From IMG/VR virus record IMGVR_UViG_2681813146_000002: a stretch of DNA of 47,946 nucleotides. The stretch is one strand, 5' to 3'. The stretch comes from a virus. Taxonomy: Duplodnaviria > Heunggongvirae > Uroviricota > Caudoviricetes. Below the pieces are notes generated by a model. The model made no database searches, had not been told where the DNA came from, and saw only the letters and a list, made by a program, of their open reading frames with translations. A program made the translations under genes and the position numbers. Positions within the stretch are counted from its first letter, which is position 1. Each line of letters opens with the position of its first letter. Below are positions 27,938 to 35,741 of the stretch, piece by piece.

Positions 27938-28551
27938 AAGAACGTGGTGTTGTTTTTAATGACGATATGGTTAGGGCCATCCTCGAAGGAAGGAAGACGC
28001 AGACTCGCCGACCTGTAAAAAATGTCAGGGCCGATAACTGCCTGGTTATCCGTAAACCGACAAAGAAACGCAATGGTGTCTATACCCACGTTATGGATGC
28101 ACCGGAACATGGTTTATGCCCGTTCGGTAACGTTGGTGATCGCATATGGGTCCGTGAAACATTCAACGCTTTTTGGCTGGATAACGATGTCATTCAGGAA
28201 ATCAAAGATGGTGTCTCTCTGGCTTCTGAACTGTGTGATTACAAGGCTGATTACTCAGATAGTAGCAAGCCAGCTGAGGGCTGGACCCCGTCGATTCACA
28301 TGCCACGTTGGGCCAGCCGCATTCTGTTGGAAATAACCGACGTGCGTGTGGAACGGCTGCATGACATGAGCGAGGCAGATGCTAAAGCTGAAGGCGCATC
28401 TCCGGCGACGTACAAAATTACACCGCCGGAAGCTGTTTATCGTGTTGGCTTTGGTGATATCTGGCGCGGTATTTACGGGCAAGAGAACTGGCTATCTAAC
28501 CCGTGGGTATGGGTAATTGAGTTTAAGCGTATTCAGGAGGGCAACCAGTGA
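27934..28551 (+). CDS. ASCH-domain-like protein
   Basis: N-terminal MVRAILEGRKTQTRR resembles the ASCH signature as I recall it from YqfB. Confidence 0.4.
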   Translation: MKERGVVFNDDMVRAILEGRKTQTRRPVKNVRADNCLVIRKPTKKRNGVYTHVMDAPEHGLCPFGNVGDRIWVRETFNAFWLDNDVIQEIKDGVSLASELCDYKADYSDSSKPAEGWTPSIHMPRWASRILLEITDVRVERLHDMSEADAKAEGASPATYKITPPEAVYRVGFGDIWRGIYGQENWLSNPWVWVIEFKRIQEGNQ

Positions 28552-29111
28552 GTAACCAATGGCGACCAGATATTTGCCCTATAACTGGACGTGCATTTTT
28601 CATGTGGATTGAGCATCCGGAATTGGGAAATGTACCGACGTACGGTGGCCCATTAGACAGTTACACCATTCCAACAAAGGACGGTGACGGTGAGTTTTCA
28701 TGTGAGCGTTACGATCATGATTTCGGCGGTTGGGTAGAAAGCGAATGTCTTGGGTTATATCTGATTGATGATAAAGAGCAATGCAGAGTCTACGAACTGG
28801 AGGAACGCGTTAAGGAGCTGGAAGCGCGGGAAATAAAACCAGCCAAAGGTGAAGTTCTTGTCGTTGTATCTGGTTTTACTGGTTGCGGAAAAAGCGCCAT
28901 TGCCGGGGAAATAGAAATTGCGATGAAGGCTATTGGTGTACCGGTTCAGTGGACTAATGGCGATGCAGAAAAGCGCATGACTGGTGCTGACTGGCTGACA
29001 GCAATTGAGATGTACAAACCAACTGTGCGCATCGTGGAAGTTAATGTGCCACGCGTCGCTGGCATTCGCATCAAAGGAGACGCAGGAGAGCAAAACGATG
29101 AAAAACCGTAA
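28548..29111 (+). CDS. Hypothetical protein
   Basis: 187-aa ORF. Confidence 0.35.
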   Translation: MSNQWRPDICPITGRAFFMWIEHPELGNVPTYGGPLDSYTIPTKDGDGEFSCERYDHDFGGWVESECLGLYLIDDKEQCRVYELEERVKELEAREIKPAKGEVLVVVSGFTGCGKSAIAGEIEIAMKAIGVPVQWTNGDAEKRMTGADWLTAIEMYKPTVRIVEVNVPRVAGIRIKGDAGEQNDEKP

Positions 29112-29286
29112 AGCAAAGATTCTGTTAGTTCGTAGAAACGCTCCTGGCGTCTGGCAGTGGGTGAGACTCAGCAACCGACGGATGGGGTTGATGAAATATT
29201 ACGGGATGATGGATTGTGGTTTTTGCAAAAAGCCCAGCGCGGCGCAAAACCGCTGGAAAAACCACTTGCGCACTAAAGGAGAGTGA
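29098..29286 (+). CDS. Small basic protein
   Basis: Start ATG 29098 after GGAGAG. Overlaps the upstream stop. Confidence 0.25.
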   Translation: MKNRKAKILLVRRNAPGVWQWVRLSNRRMGLMKYYGMMDCGFCKKPSAAQNRWKNHLRTKGE

Positions 29287-29497
29287 TATGTCTATTGCCG
29301 CAAGTTACACCATGCATCTCTATTGTGACTGCCGCCAGTGTACGGAAGGTGTATATCCAGTGCCAGACTTCGGTGAGTATATCGGTACGTCATGGTCTGG
29401 TTGTGCAAAAGAGGCCCGTAAAGACGGGTGGCGAATAAGCAAAGACAAAACACGTGCTTTTGCGCCCGGGCATAAAATTTTGAGGATTAACAAATGA
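29287..29497 (+). CDS. Small Cys-rich protein
   Basis: ATG 29287 after AAGGAGAG. Cys cluster CDCRQC. Confidence 0.3.
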
Positions 29498-29907
29498 CAA
29501 CTTTTACCGACGACGACAAAGGACTTATTAAAGAAATCAGAGAGCGAATCGGCAGCCTGGACGTGCGAGACAATATTGAGCGCCGGGCTTATGAAATAGC
29601 GTTAGCCTCGCTGGAAGCAGAACCGATAGCGTGGGAATGCGGCGAAAACATAATCCTGTTTAATCCTGACACAGTTGAAGCATACGCAAAACGTGCGGAG
29701 ATAACACCTAAACCTCTATTCGCCGCCCCGCCAGTGCCGGTAGTGCCGGATGATGGTCGCGAAAAGTTCGAAGCACTTGTCAGGTTTCATGCGGGTGATA
29801 AAAACCATGAAACATTATTGCTTCGTGCCAACGAAGGTATGAATTACCAGGACCCGAATGTTGATCTGGCGTGGATATTCTGGAAGTCCAGTCGTGAGCA
29901 TATATAA
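29494..29907 (+). CDS. Hypothetical protein
   Basis: 137-aa ORF. Confidence 0.35.
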   Translation: MTTFTDDDKGLIKEIRERIGSLDVRDNIERRAYEIALASLEAEPIAWECGENIILFNPDTVEAYAKRAEITPKPLFAAPPVPVVPDDGREKFEALVRFHAGDKNHETLLLRANEGMNYQDPNVDLAWIFWKSSREHI

Positions 29908-30291
29908 GCTGTAGTGAGAAGCCATGCGATTACGAGCAGTATTCAGATATTCAGAGCGGGTAATGAGGCACATACAACCGAAAACATGGCAGAAATTGGA
30001 TTCTGTGGGAGTTAAGTTGGAGAAGATTACTCAACTTAAGCAGTGGCATATCGGCGAATATTATGGAAGTCCTGGCCGGGATGTTCGTTTGGTAAAAAGT
30101 TGAGTATTGTTTTTTTATTGATCAATTAACCACGATTTGAAGGTTTTTTATGGGAAAACCTTGTTTTAGGTGGTAACTGGGTGTAGTGTTTCATTTAACG
30201 TAGTAAAACTGCGTTAAGCGATTACCGCGTAATTTGTTGCTTTATGAAGCCCTGCCTTTTTCGGCGGGGCTTTTTTTTAACGAGGATTTCA

Positions 30292-30687
30292 ATGTCAGCA
30301 GAACCAATTTCCGGTACGGCCGTTGCTGCTGGTGGCCTGATGGGTGCCAGCGTTTTTGGTATTGCAACTGGTATTGATTACGGCGTTGTATTCGGGGCAT
30401 TTGCTGGCGCTGTTTTCTATGTTGCTACAGCGGTGAATATTAGCCGTCTCAAGCTGATTGGCTATTTCTTTACATCGTTCATTGTTGGAGTGATTGGAGC
30501 GCCGTTAGTTGGCTCATTTCTTGCCAAATGGACCAGCTACAACGATCGTCCTCTGGATGCGCTTGGTGCGGTTATTGTGGCTGCATTGACAATTAAAATC
30601 CTCACGTTCGTAAACAGCCAGGATCTCGGTAGCATCTTTGGAATGCTTTCCCGCTTACGTGGAGGGGGTTCAAATGGTAAGCAGTGA
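30292..30687 (+). CDS. Holin-like membrane protein
   Basis: 132 aa with several hydrophobic helices. Start ATG 30292 after GAGGA. First gene of the lysis cassette, after a terminator-like hairpin. Confidence 0.5.
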   Translation: MSAEPISGTAVAAGGLMGASVFGIATGIDYGVVFGAFAGAVFYVATAVNISRLKLIGYFFTSFIVGVIGAPLVGSFLAKWTSYNDRPLDALGAVIVAALTIKILTFVNSQDLGSIFGMLSRLRGGGSNGKQ

Positions 30688-30970
30688 CCCGTCAGCACTG
30701 ATTAATGCGGTGCTTTGCACAGTAATAGTAATGGCGCTGATGTTTTATCGACGGAAAGACTCAAGGCATCGTCCATTTGTTTCCTTTCTGGCTTATATCT
30801 ACGTCATTGTATACGCCAATGTTCCCTTCCGTTATGTGTTTGGTCTTTATCAAGAATCCCATTGGCTGGTGGTTATTGGAAATCTGATTATCTGCATCGT
30901 TGTTCTGTATTTCAGGGGCAATCTGGCGCGGATAGTTGACGCATTAGGATTTAATCATGACCAAAGATGA
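30674..30970 (+). CDS. Second lysis-cassette membrane protein (holin/antiholin-like)
   Basis: 98 aa, hydrophobic. Start ATG 30674 after GGAGGGGG. Confidence 0.45.
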   Translation: MVSSDPSALINAVLCTVIVMALMFYRRKDSRHRPFVSFLAYIYVIVYANVPFRYVFGLYQESHWLVVIGNLIICIVVLYFRGNLARIVDALGFNHDQR

Positions 30971-31499
30971 GATTTTTAACAGCATTCTTGGAAAAGAGGG
31001 CGGCTATGTGGATCACCCTGACGACAAGGGAGGCCCAACAAAGTGGGGCATTACTCAGAACACTGCCCGTGCTCATGGATACCGTGGCGATATGCGAGAT
31101 TTAACCCGCGAACAGGCACTGGAAATCCTTGAGGCTGATTACTGGTACGGACCACGCTTTGATCAGGTGGCCGCATTATCCTCTGATATTGCCGCAGAGC
31201 TGTGTGACACGGGGGTGAACATGGGGCCAACAGTGGCGTCAAAAATGCTTCAACGCTGGCTGAATGTGTTCAACCTGCGCGGGAAGCTGTATCCCGATTT
31301 GGATGCAGACGGACGAATCGGTCCACGTACCATTAATGCGCTGCGTGCTTATCTTGGGAATCGGGGAAAAGACGGCGAACGTGTGATGCTGACGTCGCTG
31401 AACTGTACGCAGGGCGAACGCTATCTGGAGTTGGCGGAGAAGCGCGAGGCTAATGAGTCGTTTGTCTACGGCTGGATGAAAGAGCGAGTGGTGGTATGA
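30957..31499 (+). CDS. Endolysin, glycoside hydrolase family 108-like with C-terminal peptidoglycan-binding region
   Basis: N-terminal EGGYVDHPDDKGGPTKWGIT is GH108-like by recollection. Confidence 0.65.
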   Translation: MTKDEIFNSILGKEGGYVDHPDDKGGPTKWGITQNTARAHGYRGDMRDLTREQALEILEADYWYGPRFDQVAALSSDIAAELCDTGVNMGPTVASKMLQRWLNVFNLRGKLYPDLDADGRIGPRTINALRAYLGNRGKDGERVMLTSLNCTQGERYLELAEKREANESFVYGWMKERVVV

Positions 31500-31774
31500 C
31501 TGGTTTGAAGGCCGTTTTGTCATTTATTGGCACAATTGTATTGGTTGCATTTGGCGCGTTTGGTTTTGGTCGTATGAAGGGGCGAGAAAAGGCCGAAGAT
31601 GAAGCTGAAAAGCAGCGCATTAATGAGAATGCAGCCGCCGTAAAAGCCACTGCGGAGCGGCGTATAGAAGTGACAAAAGAGGTGGGGAATGTACAGCAGA
31701 GTGTTAACCATATGGCTGATGACGATGTTGATCGCGAGCTGCGGGAGTCGTGGAAGCGTCCCGGTGGTGGTTGA
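31496..31774 (+). CDS. Inner-membrane spanin (Rz-like)
   Basis: N-terminal transmembrane helix then a charged coiled-coil region. Follows the endolysin. Confidence 0.55.
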   Translation: MTGLKAVLSFIGTIVLVAFGAFGFGRMKGREKAEDEAEKQRINENAAAVKATAERRIEVTKEVGNVQQSVNHMADDDVDRELRESWKRPGGG

Positions 31775-31898
31775 TACCGCCTGTGATTGGGTAAAGCCCA
31801 TCTACCTGACTGATCACGACATCGATGTTATGGACCGCCAGACAAAGAAAGATATTCTGGCTCATAACATGGCATGGGAAATCAACTGCCGAAAGTAA
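31719..31898 (+). CDS. Outer-membrane lipoprotein spanin (Rz1-like)
   Basis: Lipobox LIASC in MTMLIASCGS. Overlaps the Rz-like gene out of frame. Confidence 0.5.
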   Translation: MTMLIASCGSRGSVPVVVDTACDWVKPIYLTDHDIDVMDRQTKKDILAHNMAWEINCRK

Positions 31899-32067
31899 TA
31901 TATATTTCTATAATTATATAAATATATAGTTACAACATTCTATGCGCTTTTCTCATGGGCGCACGCATCAACCATGTTTGTCTGATATGCCGCCGCGCCC
32001 AAAAATCCTGAATTTATTGGCTGGGATTTTCGTGCGCGGCGCCACACCAGACAAACAAATCAAATAT

Positions 32068-32143
32068 GGCCCCTTAGCTCAGTGGTTAGAGCAGGCGACT
32101 CATAATCGCACGGTCATCGGTTCAAATCCGGTAGGGGCCACCA
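32068..32143 (+). tRNA. tRNA with anticodon CAT (Met, or Ile2 if lysidine-modified), CCA encoded
   Basis: Manual cloverleaf: acceptor GGCCCCT/AGGGGCC, D-arm GCTC..GAGC, anticodon loop CTCATAA, T-arm with TTCAAAT loop, discriminator A plus CCA. Confidence 0.8.
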
Positions 32144-32450
32144 ATTCACTCTCACACATAAAGATAAGCGCGGTGGAGTTACTTCTTCGTGCTCATCTTT
32201 ATGCGTGCCTGGTGCGCATTTCGGGCGAACGTGGGGCTAAGTTACAGGCAGGGCCTGTTATCCGCAAAGGGGTAAAAGCTGGAGCGGCACGGAACTGTAG
32301 CCGTGTTACCAAAACAGCGTTGTCGGGCGATATCCGGCACACAACAGGCAAGGGCATTAATCAGTCTGGTTAGTGCCCTTTTCGTTGTGTTTGCTGTAGA
32401 GCTGGCCAGCGTTATGACTGCCGGAGATAAGCGCCGGAGACACAACTAAC

Positions 32451-33038
32451 ATGGAGGCAATTGCATTGTTTAATCTGATTTATGCAGATCCCCCCTGGGA
32501 ATACAAAGACAAGTGTAAGGATGGGAATCGTGGCGCTGGTTTTAAGTATCCAACGATGAAAGCTGAGGATATTGCTCGTATTCCTGTCTGGCAGCTTGCT
32601 AATCCTGAATCGTGTTTGTTGGCCATGTGGTGGGTTCCGACTCAGCCAGAAGAAGCGTTGCTGGTGGTGAAAGCATGGGGATTCAGGCTGATGACCATGA
32701 AGGGCTTCACATGGAACAAATGTGGTAGCCGACAACCAGATAAGCTGGTGATGGGGATGGGGCATATGACTCGTGCAAACAGTGAAGATTGCTTGTTTGC
32801 GGTAAAAGGCAAACTGCCGACCCGCCTTGATGCGGGGATCATTCAGTCGTTTACATCGCCTCGTCTGGAGCATTCTCGGAAGCCTGATGTGGTTCGTGAC
32901 AAGCTGGTAAGGCTGTTAGGTGATGTTCCCCGTATTGAGCTGTTTGCTCGCGGTGATTTACCTGATGGCTGGCATGGCTGGGGCAACCAGTGCAATGGAG
33001 GTATCCAGTTGCATGATGCTCTCTGGCAAGTGGCATAG
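32451..33038 (+). CDS. MT-A70-family N6-adenine DNA methyltransferase
   Basis: DPPW catalytic motif in LIYADPPWEY. Size 195 aa. Confidence 0.65.
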   Translation: MEAIALFNLIYADPPWEYKDKCKDGNRGAGFKYPTMKAEDIARIPVWQLANPESCLLAMWWVPTQPEEALLVVKAWGFRLMTMKGFTWNKCGSRQPDKLVMGMGHMTRANSEDCLFAVKGKLPTRLDAGIIQSFTSPRLEHSRKPDVVRDKLVRLLGDVPRIELFARGDLPDGWHGWGNQCNGGIQLHDALWQVA

Positions 33039-33150
33039 AATTATATAATTATATATTTATATAAAAAGCGCTTTACAGGTGGGAAAAAATTTCCTATGGT
33101 TATACCCGAAACCGAGCGATACCCGCCCTGGTTAAACCGGAGATAACCCG
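33034..33150 (+). promoter_or_regulatory. Conserved promoter/operator/leader cassette, copy C
   Basis: Near-identical to copies A and B (TATGGT in place of TAAGGT). Begins at the methyltransferase stop codon. Confidence 0.55.
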
Positions 33151-33420
33151 ATGAAAGTACAAGACCGTGAAGTAGTAAAAAACCTCCTGCAATACCTGAC
33201 CTCAAAAAACCTGACGGGCAGCGTTGAGTTCCGTGAAGCGTTAAAACATTTCAACGTCACTACGGTTTATCGTTGGGAAAACCAACATTCTGAAAGACCG
33301 TATGTGGTGGATGTTTTTGCGCCTGATATTGAGTGCGGTTTTGAGCGCCATTCATTCAAAAAGAAACATTCCGCTGATGTTTTTTGTGAGGTTGTATGTG
33401 CGGCAGGAGATGATGAGTGA
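33151..33420 (+). CDS. Hypothetical protein, cassette-driven
   Basis: 89-aa ORF immediately after cassette copy C. Confidence 0.4.
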   Translation: MKVQDREVVKNLLQYLTSKNLTGSVEFREALKHFNVTTVYRWENQHSERPYVVDVFAPDIECGFERHSFKKKHSADVFCEVVCAAGDDE

Positions 33421-33617
33421 TGCGTATTTCCTTCAAACGTGCGACTGAGCAGCAACGCAAAGAGTTCCTGGCTGATGATGTAGCGGCCGTTTATGACCTC
33501 ATGAAAGAGGTTGTGGAATCAGGGAACTACACGGCGGCAAAGATGCTTAAACTGCAATTCTTGCTGGGCGACCTGAAATACAAATCCGAAGTTGTCGCCG
33601 GACGACGCGAGCATTAA
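33417..33617 (+). CDS. Hypothetical protein
   Basis: 66-aa coupled ORF, followed by terminator 33641..33667. Confidence 0.3.
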   Translation: MMRISFKRATEQQRKEFLADDVAAVYDLMKEVVESGNYTAAKMLKLQFLLGDLKYKSEVVAGRREH

Positions 33618-33691
33618 ACCGTAACGATAACGAACAACGAGCCTCGGCAATTGCCGGGGCTTTTTTACATCCAGACAAAGGAGAACATGGG

Positions 33692-34147
33692 ATGCCTTCG
33701 ACAAGCACCAAAAAAGAAATGGCGGTTAGTGATGTGCTTTATGCGCTTTCGACTATATGTGACGGAGCAATGATGAGGATGAAAGTCCTCCATGAAGCAT
33801 ACGGAAAAAGTCACGATGAGGCAGCTAAAGAGTGCCTGAATGAGATTGTGGACTTCATTGATAGCCATCGGTCGCTGATCGCTCTCGATAACCAGCCGCA
33901 AGCCGAAGAATGCCAGAAGCGCGAGTATAAAACGATATATGGGAATAAGTTCTTCTGTCTAAGCGAGTTGGCTGCAAAGGTGGCCGACATTCTGGAGAAC
34001 AACGGCGGTCGAATGCGTCAGGTTAGCTATCAGTCTGAATATGAATCTCTAATCATGTTAGTTGATCATTTAGTTGATACAGGAGCTTTACAGCTCAACT
34101 GCCTAAGGCTATCTGGTCACCCGATAAAAATGAATGGAAGGATATAA
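33692..34147 (+). CDS. Hypothetical protein
   Basis: 151-aa ORF. Confidence 0.35.
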   Translation: MPSTSTKKEMAVSDVLYALSTICDGAMMRMKVLHEAYGKSHDEAAKECLNEIVDFIDSHRSLIALDNQPQAEECQKREYKTIYGNKFFCLSELAAKVADILENNGGRMRQVSYQSEYESLIMLVDHLVDTGALQLNCLRLSGHPIKMNGRI

Positions 34148-34149
34148 CC

Positions 34150-34356
34150 GTGGACTTGCCGAGTGATTTGTTCTGGTTTCCGCTTCCAATAAGAGATTTG
34201 TTGGTATTTCTGGCTGGCGCTTACGTCTGGAGAAAAGCGAAAGACACCTCGTTATCTTTGAGGTTTGTTTTAGCTATATCGGTAGGAACCGCGCTGGGTA
34301 CGGCGTATCTCTTGACATTACTGGAGATATTCATTGAAGAATGGATAGTTTCATGA
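34150..34356 (+). CDS. Small two-helix membrane protein
   Basis: 68 aa with two hydrophobic segments. GTG start. Confidence 0.3.
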   Translation: MDLPSDLFWFPLPIRDLLVFLAGAYVWRKAKDTSLSLRFVLAISVGTALGTAYLLTLLEIFIEEWIVS

Positions 34357-34505
34357 ATGGTCTTGGCATTTTTCTGGTGATTATGGCCGTGTGGTTTTGT
34401 TTCTCGCTGGTGGTTATTGCTGGTGTCCTGTGGCGCATCTTAGTGGCGCAGAGAGCTTTTCGGCGTAAGCGAGAGCAAATGCACCTTGATTTATATCGAA
34501 AGTAA
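34353..34505 (+). CDS. Small single-pass membrane peptide with basic C-terminus (50 aa); not in the ORF track
   Basis: Manual translation MNGLGIFLVIMAVWFCFSLVVIAGVLWRILVAQRAFRRKREQMHLDLYRK. ATG overlaps the upstream stop (ATGA). Terminator hairpin at 34504..34530. Confidence 0.3.
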   Translation: MNGLGIFLVIMAVWFCFSLVVIAGVLWRILVAQRAFRRKREQMHLDLYRK

Positions 34506-34554
34506 CTCTTACAGCCTCGCGGTGTCGCGGGGCTTTTTATTTTCAGGTGATGTT

Positions 34555-34872
34555 ATGGAAAAGAAAGAAGATAAACCGATTGCCATTGGTGCAGAGTCTG
34601 TTCCGTTTAAGTTTGAATTATCCCAACTGGTAACAATGCGTATCAGTGAAGAGTGGGGAGAAGTTCAAGCCCGTGCTCAGTATGCAAATGGCGAAAACCA
34701 GTATCTGATTCACTATCAGGCGGCTGATGGTCGTGCTACCACAGAGTGGTTCGGTGAGTCGATGCTGATTGCGATGGAAGATGATCGTTATCCAGGCTGC
34801 CCTGTTTTTGCCTGTGTTGATTTGCCAGAAGGCGCGGTACTTGAAGACGACGAAACGGCCGCCTCCGTTTGA
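34555..34872 (+). CDS. Hypothetical protein
   Basis: Start taken at MEKKEDK after the terminator; the track ORF starts 34486. Confidence 0.35.
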   Translation: MEKKEDKPIAIGAESVPFKFELSQLVTMRISEEWGEVQARAQYANGENQYLIHYQAADGRATTEWFGESMLIAMEDDRYPGCPVFACVDLPEGAVLEDDETAASV

Positions 34873-35117
34873 TCCCTGCGTAACGCATTACAGCAGCTCT
34901 TGTGCTTATCAGGGGCTGCAATAATGCGCAAACCAAAGTCACCTCATTAACTCCAGCTCGCTGTGGAGTTAATGCTGGTGGCTTTTTTATTACTGGAAGG
35001 TGGGCGACCGCCGTCAGTTGCGACCTGACGACAGTCATTCATACCCACACGGTGCCGTGGATACAAACCGAGGCCCACTTGCTTGCACAAGCGAGGGGAT
35101 TTTAGCGGATAAACGGC

Positions 35118-35741
35118 ATGACAAAACATCTTAATGTGGTTTCTTTACCACTTTCTGTGTTGATTGGTTATGAAAAGAACGCTCGCACACACTCCGTGGA
35201 GCAGGTAGATCAGATTGTTGCCAGCATACAGGAGTACGGATGGACTAATCCGATCCTGATAGACGAGAACAACGTTGTAATTGCTGGTCATGGTCGAATT
35301 GCTGCGGCCACTCAGTTGGGGATGGATGATGTTCCCTGCATTGTTCTGGAAGGGCTAACGGAGAATCAGAAGAAGGCATATCGTCTGGCCGACAACCGTA
35401 TTCCGCTGAATGCTGGTTGGGATGAAGAGTTGTTAAGCGCGGAGCTTGCAGATCTTGCGGCCGATGATTTTGCTCTGGACTCAATTGGTTTTACTCAGCG
35501 CGAGCTGGATAACTTATTGAGTGCGGCGGTCTACGATGACACAGAGGGTATGGATATCCCATTTGAGAAGGATGAGGCCAAATCAGGCGTAAAAGTTCAG
35601 TACCTGTCATTTGGAGGTCATAAAATCCCGGCAACGGATGAGGAAGCAGATCGTTTTGACTGCGCGGTATCTCGTTATGTTGATGATAATGGCAGCTATA
35701 TCGGATTTGTATCCGCATTGCTGGCTGGGGAGGTGTGCTGA
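35118..35741 (+). CDS. ParB-N-domain (ParB/Srx-fold) protein, copy 1
   Basis: Motif VVIAGHGRIAAATQLG. Paralogous to 38408..38998. Confidence 0.55.
   Translation: MTKHLNVVSLPLSVLIGYEKNARTHSVEQVDQIVASIQEYGWTNPILIDENNVVIAGHGRIAAATQLGMDDVPCIVLEGLTENQKKAYRLADNRIPLNAGWDEELLSAELADLAADDFALDSIGFTQRELDNLLSAAVYDDTEGMDIPFEKDEAKSGVKVQYLSFGGHKIPATDEEADRFDCAVSRYVDDNGSYIGFVSALLAGEVC

Noticed and set aside
31942-32373. 143-aa ORF in the track
   Set aside because: It runs straight through the tRNA (32068..32143) and the GC-rich palindrome, and has no ribosome-binding site. Most likely a spurious reading frame.
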